From an uncultured Gammaproteobacteria bacterium (GTDB taxonomy: Bacteria; Patescibacteriota; Patescibacteriia; UBA2196), in assembly GCA_964435065.1 (NCBI GenBank), contig CAYSXS010000004.1, positions 1 to 55,855 on the forward strand: DNA of 55,855 nt, given 5' to 3'. The position numbers and the translations under genes are program-made. Below the pieces are notes generated by a model. It worked only from the letters and a program-made list of their open reading frames with translations, was not told the origin of the DNA and did no database searches. Shown one piece after another: positions 36,752 to 46,493 of the stretch (the stretch's first letter is position 1; every line of letters starts with the position of its first letter).

Positions 36752-37882
36752 ATGAATTATATAAAAAAAACAAAACTTCAAGAGACAACTCATGGTTTAG
36801 AAGCTCAACCAGACCTTAAATTAAAAAAATCCAGAACATTATTGCTGGTTTTGGTGGGTATTTTGGTAACAGTTATTTTGGTTAGTTGGGTAGTTTGGAT
36901 TTATTCAAAAACAATCCTTGAAGCCGAGCGATTAGCTTTCGAACAGAAGATATTAAACCCGGAAAAGCAGACTCAAAAGCATAGTGAAATATATATTTCG
37001 GATTGGAAAATTTATTATGACGAAGAATATGGGTTTGAATTTAAATATCCAGAAACTTGGTTTTTATATAAATTTCCAGACATAGTTAGAGTACAACGAG
37101 AGAAGGATGTGGAAGGATTAGTTCCTGGTAATATATCTGATTCTTTAAGTGTTTCAACAAAGGAAATAGAAGGTGTCATATTGGATGAATATATTGAAAA
37201 CGAATTTAAAAATTCAGTTATACACAAAAAGAATGTTGAGATTGGAGGACAAGGAGCGTATGAGATAAGAATTTCGTGTGTTGGTGACCAGGAGGGGATT
37301 GGGTGTGGTGTCCCTGTTTGGTATGTGGCACATGATAATAAAATATTTATTTTAAATTCTAATTTAGGTTATTCATCTAATCAGGATTTGTTTAATAGAA
37401 TCCTCTCTACTTTTAAATTTCTGGATAAAAGGATGGGTGCTACTAATATATTTGATATTAATGAAAATAAAGTTGGGGATAATCTAGGAGAAATGATGGT
37501 TACAAGTATAAGTTTTGTATCTGCAAATTTAGCTGATTCTCATCCTTTAGAAGAAAATCATAAGGTTGTATTTGGTGGAGATTTAGTTTTAGAAGGTAAA
37601 TTCAATTATTATGATCAGAATAGTTACTATGCAAATAAAGTTTGTTTTACAGTTAATCAGAAAGATTCTTTAAGGGTTCCAATTTTATCTCAATACAGAA
37701 AGGATAGAGACACATACTTTTGTTTTTCTAACGATGAACTTGCTCAACAAGAATTTGATCCAAAAGGCTCTAGTGGTGTTGCAAAAATTGTAATTGATGA
37801 ACTTGTTTTATATTGGTATCCTGGTGGAAATTATCCACTAGCCATATTGAAGACAGTTTTGGAGAAAGAATTTGATAATTAA
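36752..37882 (+). CDS. Membrane-anchored PsbP-like domain protein
   Basis: TM; WKIYYDEEYGFEFKYPETW...FNRILSTFKF. Confidence 0.7.
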   Translation: MNYIKKTKLQETTHGLEAQPDLKLKKSRTLLLVLVGILVTVILVSWVVWIYSKTILEAERLAFEQKILNPEKQTQKHSEIYISDWKIYYDEEYGFEFKYPETWFLYKFPDIVRVQREKDVEGLVPGNISDSLSVSTKEIEGVILDEYIENEFKNSVIHKKNVEIGGQGAYEIRISCVGDQEGIGCGVPVWYVAHDNKIFILNSNLGYSSNQDLFNRILSTFKFLDKRMGATNIFDINENKVGDNLGEMMVTSISFVSANLADSHPLEENHKVVFGGDLVLEGKFNYYDQNSYYANKVCFTVNQKDSLRVPILSQYRKDRDTYFCFSNDELAQQEFDPKGSSGVAKIVIDELVLYWYPGGNYPLAILKTVLEKEFDN

Positions 37883-37982
37883 TTTAATTCACTTGAACAA
37901 CTTTTGTGTTCATCTACGGTTTGCTATAATTCGATTTTTTTCATATAATTAATTTAAATAAGTGGATAAGTAAAACAAAAAA

Positions 37983-39227
37983 ATGTCAAAAGATAAAATC
38001 ATTACAGGTTTAGATATTGGTACCTCTTACGTACGTGTAGTTAGTGGCCAACTTAATCATGAAGATAATAGCTTCTATGTTGTTGGTGCTGTTGAAGTTC
38101 CTTCAGAGGGTATTTCTAAAGGATCAATTGTTTCAATTGAAGATACGGTTTCAGCTGTTTCAGAAGCTCTGGAACAAATGGAACGTGTTGTTGGACAAAA
38201 AGTTAGCTCACTTTATGCAGGTGTCTCTGGTTTAGGCATTGCTAACATGCCATCAAAAGGTGTTGTTGCTGTATCACGTCCTGGAGGTGAAATTAAGAAT
38301 GATGATGTAGAAAGGGTGATAATGGCTGCTCAGGCTGTTGCTACGCCTCCTAATTATGAAATCCTTCATGTTATACCAAAACTGTTCTCAGTTGACTCTC
38401 AATCAGGTATAAAAGACCCTGTTGGCATGACAGGTGTTAGGTTAGAAGTAGAAACACAAATTATTCAAGGTTTATCATCAAATGTAAAGAATTTAACTAA
38501 AGCTATTTATCGTACAGGAGTTGAAATTGATGATTTGGTTTTATCCATTTTAGCTAATGCAGAAAGTGTATTAAATAAACGTCAAAAAGAATTAGGTGTT
38601 GTATTGGTAAATATTGGACATTCAACAACATCATTAGCTGTTTTTGAAGAAGGAGATATTCTTTTATCAGAGATATTGCCAATTGGATCTGCACATATTA
38701 CAAATGATATCGCAATTGGGTTAAGAACATCCCTTGAAATTGCTGAAGATATCAAATTGGAATATGGAAGTGCCAATCCAAGAGATTATTCAAAGAAAGA
38801 AGAGATTGATTTAAGTGAATTTGATCCAAAAGAAGAGACAAAAGTTTCATTAAAACATATTTCAGAAATAATCCAAGCTAGATTAGAAGAAATATTTGAA
38901 ATGGTTGATAAAAAATTAATTGAGATTGATAGGTCAGGACTATTACCAGCTGGAATAGTTTTAACTGGTGGTGGATCAGAATTGCCTGGAATTATTGAAA
39001 CAGCTAAAAAAGAATTTAGATTACCCGCAGCTTTAGGAAAACCTATTGATTTGAAAACTGCTATTGATAAAGTTAATAGTTTGCCTTTCACAACAGCACT
39101 TGGATTAGCAATGTGGGGGTTTGAAATTGAAAAACAAACAGGATTATCTGGAGGTGAACCAATTTGGAAATCTCCAAAAGAAATTTTAGAAAAAATTAAA
39201 AATCTATTTAAACGATTTTTATCTTAG
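37983..39227 (+). CDS. ftsA: Cell division protein FtsA
   Basis: GLDIGTS, DPVGMTG, NIGHSTT, VLTGGGS. Confidence 0.97.
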   Translation: MSKDKIITGLDIGTSYVRVVSGQLNHEDNSFYVVGAVEVPSEGISKGSIVSIEDTVSAVSEALEQMERVVGQKVSSLYAGVSGLGIANMPSKGVVAVSRPGGEIKNDDVERVIMAAQAVATPPNYEILHVIPKLFSVDSQSGIKDPVGMTGVRLEVETQIIQGLSSNVKNLTKAIYRTGVEIDDLVLSILANAESVLNKRQKELGVVLVNIGHSTTSLAVFEEGDILLSEILPIGSAHITNDIAIGLRTSLEIAEDIKLEYGSANPRDYSKKEEIDLSEFDPKEETKVSLKHISEIIQARLEEIFEMVDKKLIEIDRSGLLPAGIVLTGGGSELPGIIETAKKEFRLPAALGKPIDLKTAIDKVNSLPFTTALGLAMWGFEIEKQTGLSGGEPIWKSPKEILEKIKNLFKRFLS

Positions 39228-39239
39228 AAATAAAAACAT

Positions 39240-39338
39240 ATGAAAAAACATACAAAAGGATTATCACAATTTATTGGACTAACAGTTCTTATCGCAGTTG
39301 CTTTTGTAGCTGCTAACGCAATAGCTGCAGCATATTAG
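39240..39338 (+). CDS. Small 32-aa membrane peptide (not in ORF track)
   Basis: MKKHTKGLSQFIGLTVLIAVAFVAANAIAAAY*; same AAACATATG start context as other genes here; 12 nt after ftsA stop. Confidence 0.6.
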   Translation: MKKHTKGLSQFIGLTVLIAVAFVAANAIAAAY

Positions 39339-39430
39339 GTAGCAAATTACAGCTACTTGCCAAAAAAAATCAATGTGTTAAGATATATTAATATTTAAAA
39401 AGTATATAATTTTTGAATCTGTATACATAT

Positions 39431-40624
39431 ATGACAGTTAAACCGATTAAACCTAAAACTAAAGAAGTTAAACCAGAAGTAGAATCCTTTGCTAAGCTGA
39501 AGGTTGTTGGTGTTGGTGGTGCAGGTAATGCAGCTATTAACCGCATGCAAGAGGATCGTATTAAAGGTGTTGATTTTATAGCCATAAATACTGATGCTCA
39601 AGCTTTGCATCATAATTTAGCTAAAACAAAGATTCATGTTGGAAAGAGTGCAACAAGGGGACTTGGTGCTGGTATGAATCCAGATTTAGGCCGTGAAGCA
39701 GCTGAAGAATCTGTTGATGAAATTAGAGAAGCTTTAAAAGGTACAGATATGGTATTCATTACTTGTGGTTTAGGTGGTGGAACAGGTACAGGTTGTGCCC
39801 CTATAGTAGCAGAAGTTGCTAGAGATTTAGGAGCATTAACCGTAGCTGTTATTACAAAACCTTTTTCTTTTGAAGGAGCACAAAGAAAAGTTATTGCTGA
39901 AAAAGGTTTAGATGCTTTAATGGAGCATGTTGATACAATTATTACAATCCCTAATGATAGAATTTTACAAATTATTGATAAAAAGACATCTTTACTAGAC
40001 GCTTTTGCTATTGTAGATGATGTATTAAAGCAAGGTGTTAAAGGGATTGCTGAATTGATTACAGTTCCTGGATTAATTAATGTAGATTTCGCTGATGTAA
40101 AAGCTGTTATGGCTGATGCTGGATCAGCATTAATGGGTATTGGTACTGGAACTGGTGAGAATAGAGCTATTGATGCAGCTAAAGCTGCAATTGATTCCCC
40201 ATTACTTGAACTTTCAATTGATGGTGCTAAAGGAATATTATTCACTATTGCTGGTGCTAAAGGAATGGGAATGAATGAAGTTAATGAAGCTGCTCGAATA
40301 ATTACTTCTTCTGCAGATCCAAATGCTAAGATTATCTTTGGTACTGTAATTGATGAAGATTTGAAAGAAGAATTAAAAGTAACAGTTATTGCTACAGGTT
40401 TTGGTTCAAGCGGTAAGGCTCCTGAAATTAAACAACAAATATCTCAACCATTAGATTTTATTCCTCCAGTAGCTCCTCCTCCACACAAGAAAGAACCTAT
40501 CCCTCAAAGACTAACAGGGCAGGAAGATAAGGAAGAGGATAAGGTGACTAAAAAGAAAGTTAGAGACGATGATTCAGATGATGAATTAGATATCCCAGCT
40601 TTTATTAGAAGAAAAATGATGTAA
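39431..40624 (+). CDS. ftsZ: Cell division protein FtsZ (ORF track start 39413)
   Basis: GVGGAGNAA, GGGTGTG, INVDFADV, C-terminal DIPAFIRRK. Confidence 0.98.
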   Translation: MTVKPIKPKTKEVKPEVESFAKLKVVGVGGAGNAAINRMQEDRIKGVDFIAINTDAQALHHNLAKTKIHVGKSATRGLGAGMNPDLGREAAEESVDEIREALKGTDMVFITCGLGGGTGTGCAPIVAEVARDLGALTVAVITKPFSFEGAQRKVIAEKGLDALMEHVDTIITIPNDRILQIIDKKTSLLDAFAIVDDVLKQGVKGIAELITVPGLINVDFADVKAVMADAGSALMGIGTGTGENRAIDAAKAAIDSPLLELSIDGAKGILFTIAGAKGMGMNEVNEAARIITSSADPNAKIIFGTVIDEDLKEELKVTVIATGFGSSGKAPEIKQQISQPLDFIPPVAPPPHKKEPIPQRLTGQEDKEEDKVTKKKVRDDDSDDELDIPAFIRRKMM

Positions 40625-40773
40625 CAATAAATTTATATATATTTAGCTTAAAAATTCTCTAATGTTAGGGAATTTTTTGATTTTAGGATTGACAAGATTA
40701 AATATTTATGTAAAAGTATTAGTAATATAAAAAATAATTATTCATTTCAAAATAACCGGAGTTAGGAGTAAAA

Positions 40774-41532
40774 ATGCAAAAAAGACATTTTGTAACATTA
40801 TTTTTTGTTTTCTTTTTTATTATTGGTTGTATAAACAAAGCCGATATTGAAGAGTTTAATGAAAAAATTAGTCAGAGACCCTTTATCCCAGCTATTGAAC
40901 ATGCTGAAATAGATTACTTCCGTATTGTTGGGATTGATTCGTTTAAGTGCAATGATTTAATACGATTGCATCTTATAAGAATCAGTGATGAATTAGAGTT
41001 TTCTGGCTTGGCCTCCATTACAGATGGCTTGGCGGTTGGTATGGATGTTCTGGCAAGTTTTTTTCAATATTATCAGGCCATAACAGAAAGGAAGCTTGTT
41101 TTATTTGTTCACCGAAGCTCCTTTTACCGCCCTGTTCCTGTAAAGGTATCACCAGGTGAATTTGTTATACCTTATACGCAATTTCATGGCAGGGAAGTTG
41201 CTGTTATTTATGATAGCAGTGATTGTAAGTTAGAATTTCGTATATCTATTCCATCAATTGGTGACACTAGCGACGAACTCGAATTCTTAAAGGGTGAAGT
41301 TATGGGTCTAACTTCGTCAAAAGAACCCATTAAAATAGGTGAATATACTTTTCGTTTTATGGGTGGTTATCCAGTTTGGGGACCTTATTCAACAGGAACC
41401 TCTGGCTGGGATTATAAAAATCTTATATTTTCAAAACAAGCAGAAATTAAAGGTAAAAATATTTATTTTTGGGGCACAGAAGAGAAGGCCCACTATTATC
41501 CATATCCAGACAGAGTTGGAAAGGAGTTTTAA
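40774..41532 (+). CDS. Orphan putative lipoprotein
   Basis: Signal peptide with IIGC lipobox; own TTGACA, AGGAG SD and terminator. Confidence 0.65.
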   Translation: MQKRHFVTLFFVFFFIIGCINKADIEEFNEKISQRPFIPAIEHAEIDYFRIVGIDSFKCNDLIRLHLIRISDELEFSGLASITDGLAVGMDVLASFFQYYQAITERKLVLFVHRSSFYRPVPVKVSPGEFVIPYTQFHGREVAVIYDSSDCKLEFRISIPSIGDTSDELEFLKGEVMGLTSSKEPIKIGEYTFRFMGGYPVWGPYSTGTSGWDYKNLIFSKQAEIKGKNIYFWGTEEKAHYYPYPDRVGKEF

Positions 41533-41697
41533 ATCATAAATTAGTTTATGCAGGCAATCAGTTCAATCCAAAGCTGGTTGCTTTTTCATTTTTTGTTAAA
41601 TTAGTTTTAGCATTCTTTATGATTACATATATTTCCAAATATTTTTAAATTTCTCTAAAATTTGATATACTTAGGGTGTTATTAAAAACAAAAACAT

Positions 41698-42069
41698 ATG
41701 CCAAATTTAGATTTCGGAAAAGCTAAAAAAAGACCAAATTTAACTACACCACCTCCTAGAAAAGACGAAGTTGCTGAGATTAAAAAAATGATTAAGGTTC
41801 AGAATGATTATTTAAAAGAGATTTACGATAATACGAAGAAAACTAAAAGATATATCTTTTTAGGTAGACTTATTAGTCTTATCTATTTATTAATAATAGT
41901 TATCCCTATTATCATAGCTATCATATATATCCCACCGTTTTTTCAAAAAAATGTAGAGCCATTAGTAAAAACTTTTCAAAATGGTGAAAGTGGTAATATT
42001 TTAGAGTATGTTAATAGTTTAAAGGATCAAGGAGTAGATTTAGAGGACTTAATTAAGATGTATAAATAA
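41698..42069 (+). CDS. Hypothetical single-pass membrane protein
   Basis: One long TM segment ending YIPPFF. Confidence 0.7.
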   Translation: MPNLDFGKAKKRPNLTTPPPRKDEVAEIKKMIKVQNDYLKEIYDNTKKTKRYIFLGRLISLIYLLIIVIPIIIAIIYIPPFFQKNVEPLVKTFQNGESGNILEYVNSLKDQGVDLEDLIKMYK

Positions 42070-42235
42070 TATATAGATTTATAATAAAGTCTAGAGGTAG
42101 GCTTTATTAGTTTTGGCTAAAATTAGATAAAACTGATTATTATGTTTGACATATAATAATAAATATGATATTCTGTCGGTACAAATAATTCATTTAAATT
42201 TAATAATCTTTTAACAAAGGTTAAGGAGAAGTTCG

Positions 42236-43006
42236 ATGGAAAAAAGATATTTTTTAATGATTTTGGGTCTTGTTTTATTTTTTTCGTGTAATTCTAAATC
42301 TAAGGTCGAAGTTGAAAAGGATCCGGAAACGGATGTAGAGGAAAATGTTATTGTCGACCTTAGAGACATCAACCGTGATAGTTTGCTCGTTGTAGAAAAA
42401 ACAGCTCAAACGACAAAACTCTTTTGTAGTTTGGTAAAAAGTTACCAAAGAATTAACGGCGAAGGAAACCAATACGCCAAGATAAAAGTTGAACAGTTGG
42501 TGGAGAAAGCAATTCCAGTGGCCGAGACAAAAGAAGATTTTTATCTGTTGAAGTTTATTTTGGAGTTTATTGGCGAATTTCCCGATTATTATTATAGAGA
42601 AGTCGCTGAGCGAGAGGGTGTTGTGATTAATGATCTATTCCAAAAGAAACAGTATCAATTAATTGTGAGCACCTTTGGAGGTACTCGCCGTGCTTATTGG
42701 AGTAATCAGACAAGTACAGTCGTCGATTCCGTCTGTACAATGATGGTTAAAAAGTTTTTCAATAATTTTGATGTATTATTGAAAATATACAAAACCACTG
42801 GAGGAACGTTTGGGGCCGACAACATAAGGCGTATAATAAACCAAAAAAGGCGTCAATGTATAGCAAATCCTGATTCTCTTAATTTATGGAAAGGTTATAT
42901 TGGAATGTTAAAAATAACACAGAAAGTTGTATCAGGAGGAACATATTTTGGTTCTGATCTAGTTAAATATCTGGAGGAAGCGGAAGTTGTTATACAAGTT
43001 CTGTAA
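42236..43006 (+). CDS. Orphan putative lipoprotein
   Basis: LFFSC lipobox; TTGACA-17-TATTCT promoter (42146-42174); AAGGAG SD; terminator ~43030-43070. Confidence 0.65.
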   Translation: MEKRYFLMILGLVLFFSCNSKSKVEVEKDPETDVEENVIVDLRDINRDSLLVVEKTAQTTKLFCSLVKSYQRINGEGNQYAKIKVEQLVEKAIPVAETKEDFYLLKFILEFIGEFPDYYYREVAEREGVVINDLFQKKQYQLIVSTFGGTRRAYWSNQTSTVVDSVCTMMVKKFFNNFDVLLKIYKTTGGTFGADNIRRIINQKRRQCIANPDSLNLWKGYIGMLKITQKVVSGGTYFGSDLVKYLEEAEVVIQVL

Positions 43007-43107
43007 TAAGTTTAAAAGTTTTTTCTTGACTGGGGGTGAAATATTTCATCATTATTCCCAGTCTTTTTTTTCTTTCTTTTTTCATATATTACTGTTAAAC
43101 TTAAATT

Positions 43108-44199
43108 ATGCAAGAAATGCTAGATAGAATTAAGGAATTAGAGAATAAGCTTCAAGAGATTGAGGGTTTGCTTAATATTTCTCAAAAAAAGCAAAAGATT
43201 TTAGAACTTGAAGATAAGATGCAAGATAAAGAATTTTGGAACGATCAAGACAATGCTAAAGTTGTTAGTCAAGAAGCAGCTGATTTAAAAGAAGAAGTAG
43301 ATGAGCTAGGGGATTTGAATAAAGAGGTGATTGAGTTATTGGACATAACTAATCAGTCCATAGAATCAGATGACGAATCCTTGAAAAAGGATATAGATAT
43401 TAAATTAGGGAAGTTGAATCAAAGATTTGAAAAATTAGAATTTAAAACTTTGTTATCAGGACAATATGATAGAAATAGTGCAATTTTAGCTATTCATGCT
43501 GGTACAGGAGGCACAGATGCACAGGATTGGACAGAGATGTTAGAGAGAATGTATTTAAGGTTTTGTGAAAACAAAAAGTTTAAAGTAAATATTTTAGATC
43601 GCCAAACAGGAAATGAAGCTGGAATTAAATCAGTTATCTTTGAGATTCAAGGTAGTCATGCTTATGGATATCTAAAATCAGAGGCTGGAGTTCACAGATT
43701 AGTACGCATCTCCCCTTTTGATGCAGAAAAAATGAGACACACAAGTTTTGCTTTAGCAGAAGTCTTACCTATTTTAGAAGAAGTTGAAGATTTAGAATTA
43801 AAAGAAGAGGATTTAGATATCGATACATTTAAATCATCTGGGCACGGTGGGCAGAGTGTTAATACAACAGATTCAGCTGTTAGGATACGTCATAAACCAA
43901 CTGGTATTTCTGTTTCTTGTCAGAATGAAAGATCTCAATTAAGAAACAAAGAAACAGCTTTTAAAATATTAAAATCCAGATTAAAACAATATCAAGAAAC
44001 AGAACAGGAAGAAGAAAGAAAGAAATTAAGAGGGGAGTTTTCAGAAGCTGTTTGGGGTAATCAGGCTCGCTCATATGTTTTACATCCATATAAACTGGTT
44101 AAAGATCATAGGACAGAATATGAAACACAGGATGTAGAAGATATTTTAGATGGTAAATTGGATAAATTTGTAGAAGCATATTTAAAACATATCTTATGA
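43108..44199 (+). CDS. prfB: Peptide chain release factor 2, single continuous frame
   Basis: SPF anticodon-recognition motif (RISPFD), GHGGQ, DAQDW; no internal frameshift needed. Confidence 0.96.
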   Translation: MQEMLDRIKELENKLQEIEGLLNISQKKQKILELEDKMQDKEFWNDQDNAKVVSQEAADLKEEVDELGDLNKEVIELLDITNQSIESDDESLKKDIDIKLGKLNQRFEKLEFKTLLSGQYDRNSAILAIHAGTGGTDAQDWTEMLERMYLRFCENKKFKVNILDRQTGNEAGIKSVIFEIQGSHAYGYLKSEAGVHRLVRISPFDAEKMRHTSFALAEVLPILEEVEDLELKEEDLDIDTFKSSGHGGQSVNTTDSAVRIRHKPTGISVSCQNERSQLRNKETAFKILKSRLKQYQETEQEEERKKLRGEFSEAVWGNQARSYVLHPYKLVKDHRTEYETQDVEDILDGKLDKFVEAYLKHIL

Positions 44200-44573
44200 A
44201 AGTATTAGGAATTGATTATGGAACTAAAAATATTGGATTAGCTTTGTCTGATGATACACAAAAGCTAGCTTTTGCATATAGAACTTTAAACAGATCAAAT
44301 TTAATACCTGAATTAAAAGATATTTGCGATAAAGAAGAAGTTGAAAAGATTGTTGTCGGATTGCCAACCAATTTGTCAGGAGAAGAAACTAAGTCTGCAG
44401 AAATGGTTTTTGAATTTATTAAACAATTAGAAGAAGAATTAAAAATTAAAGTGGAAGTTGAAGACGAGAGATTAAGTACAGTCCAAGCTTCTCGTTTAGA
44501 AAACAAAACTGCACAGAATATTGATGAGTTGTCCGCGCAGATTTTTTTACAAGCTCATCTAGATCGTGAGTAA
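44196..44573 (+). CDS. yqgF: YqgF/RuvX nuclease
   Basis: LGIDYGTKNIGLALSD, VVGLP, DERLST. Confidence 0.93.
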   Translation: MKVLGIDYGTKNIGLALSDDTQKLAFAYRTLNRSNLIPELKDICDKEEVEKIVVGLPTNLSGEETKSAEMVFEFIKQLEEELKIKVEVEDERLSTVQASRLENKTAQNIDELSAQIFLQAHLDRE

Positions 44574-44576
44574 TAT

Positions 44577-45665
44577 ATGTTTCAACAATATATTATCCCC
44601 TTTTTGTTAAGTTTTTTCTTAGCTATAATTTTAACTAAAGTTATTAAAAAAATAGCTTGGAAGTTTGATGTAGTTGATAGACCAGGGGAAAGTCGCAGGA
44701 TTCATCCTAAGCCAACACCTTTATTGGGTGGTGTGGCTGTTTTTGTTTCTTTTGTTGTTGTTTTGTTAATTTCTTGGGTTTTGGGTTGGTTAGATGATGG
44801 GGTTTTGTTATCTGGACAGATTTTAGGAATTATCTTTGGTGGTTTGGTTTTATTAATTGGAGGAGTTTTGGATGATAAATATGATTTAAAGCCTTGGCAA
44901 TCTTTCTTGTTTCCAGTTATTGCTGCATTAGTTGCTGTTGGTTTTGGTATTGCAGTTAAATATATTACAAATCCTTTAATTTCTGGTTCAGGGCCTTATG
45001 GTAGAGCTCTTTTCTATTTTAATTGGGTAAACCTTGGGTTTATGTCTTTTGGAGCTTTGTTTAGCTTTTTGTGGATTGTTGGGATGATATATACAACAAA
45101 GTTTTTAGATGGATTAGATGGTTTAGTTACTGGGATAGGAACCATTGGTGCTTTAATTCTTTTTTCTGTTTCGCTATTTTGGAATGAACCAATGAGTGCT
45201 ATGTCTGTACTTTGTCTAATTTTTGCAGGTTCATTATTAGGGTTTTTAATTTTTAACTTTCATCCAGCTAAGATATTTCTAGGAGAAGGTGGTTCTACTT
45301 TTGTTGGTTTTATGCTTGGTAGTTTGTCCATAATATCTGGTGGGAAATTAGCTACAGCTTTATTAATTATGGGTATTCCAATCCTTGATATTATTTGGGT
45401 TGTTTTTAGACGTATTTTTTCAGGAAAACATTTTTATCAAGCCGATAGGAAACATTTACATCATCGTCTTTTAGATGTTGGTTTGTCCTCTCGTCAAACT
45501 GTTCTTTTGTTATATCTCTTAACTTTAATTTTTGGTGTTTCATCGATCTTTTTACAGAGCCAACACAAGGTATTTGCTTTAGGAGCTGTTGTTTTCGTAA
45601 TGGTAATTATGGCTGTGGTTTTGGTTGGGATGTATAGGAAGAGGATGAGGAAAGTGGATATATGA
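44577..45665 (+). CDS. MraY-family (WecA/TagO-like) undecaprenyl-phosphate GlcNAc-1-P transferase
   Basis: HPKPTPLLGG, LDD, DGLDGL, FNFHPAKIFLGE, DRKHLHHRL. Confidence 0.9.
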   Translation: MFQQYIIPFLLSFFLAIILTKVIKKIAWKFDVVDRPGESRRIHPKPTPLLGGVAVFVSFVVVLLISWVLGWLDDGVLLSGQILGIIFGGLVLLIGGVLDDKYDLKPWQSFLFPVIAALVAVGFGIAVKYITNPLISGSGPYGRALFYFNWVNLGFMSFGALFSFLWIVGMIYTTKFLDGLDGLVTGIGTIGALILFSVSLFWNEPMSAMSVLCLIFAGSLLGFLIFNFHPAKIFLGEGGSTFVGFMLGSLSIISGGKLATALLIMGIPILDIIWVVFRRIFSGKHFYQADRKHLHHRLLDVGLSSRQTVLLLYLLTLIFGVSSIFLQSQHKVFALGAVVFVMVIMAVVLVGMYRKRMRKVDI

Positions 45666-46084
45666 AAAAATATATTCTGATATGTATATTTTTAATTTTA
45701 ACAGGTTGTTCTGTTAGTTATATTCCAACTGTTAAAATTAATGATCAAACATTTGAAGTTAAGATTGCTCAAACAACAGAAGAACATTTTAAAGGACTTT
45801 CTAATTATGAGAATTTAGATAAAAATACAGGAATGTTGTTTGTATTTGATGATTACAAAATTAGAAATTTTGTAATGCGTGATATGAATTTTCTTCTTGA
45901 TATTGTATGGATAAAGGATGATATGGTAATTGGTTGTGAACAGAATGTGCAAATATATGATAAAAACGATGATATTTCTAGTGTTAATTCATCTGAATCA
46001 GTTAATTATGTATTAGAGGTTAATGCGGGTATATGTGAAGAATATATGATAAAAGCAGGTGATAGAGTTGACATGGAGATATAG
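45662..46084 (+). CDS. DUF192 family protein
   Basis: GLSN...GMLFVF...FVMRDMNFLLDIVWI...YVLEVNAG. Confidence 0.85.
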   Translation: MKKYILICIFLILTGCSVSYIPTVKINDQTFEVKIAQTTEEHFKGLSNYENLDKNTGMLFVFDDYKIRNFVMRDMNFLLDIVWIKDDMVIGCEQNVQIYDKNDDISSVNSSESVNYVLEVNAGICEEYMIKAGDRVDMEI

Positions 46085-46130
46085 ATAGGTTAGAATAAAA
46101 ATATTGTAAATAACTAAGATTAGTAAAAAT

Positions 46131-46451
46131 ATGAGTAAAATAGCAACAATCAAGACTGGTGGTAAACAATATGTTGTTAAAACTGGTGATGAACTTAAAA
46201 TTGAAAAACTATTACAAGAACAAGGTGATAAGTTGGTTTTTGATAAAGTTTTAATGGTTTCTGATGAAAAGGGAACTGATTTAAAAGTTGGTGAACCATA
46301 TATTGAAGGTGCTAAAGTTGAAGCTGAAGTATTAGAACAAGGTAGAAGTAAAAAAATTACAGCAGCTAAGTACAAGAATAAGACAAGGTACCACAAAGCC
46401 TATGGTCATAGACAAGCTTTTACTAAAGTAAAAATTATAAAAATATCTTAA
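46131..46451 (+). CDS. rplU: 50S ribosomal protein L21
   Basis: TGGKQYVV, GHRQAFTKVKI. Confidence 0.97.
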   Translation: MSKIATIKTGGKQYVVKTGDELKIEKLLQEQGDKLVFDKVLMVSDEKGTDLKVGEPYIEGAKVEAEVLEQGRSKKITAAKYKNKTRYHKAYGHRQAFTKVKIIKIS

Positions 46452-46493
46452 TTTAAAGTCCCCAAGTTTTGGGGATTTTAAAATGGAGAAAAT

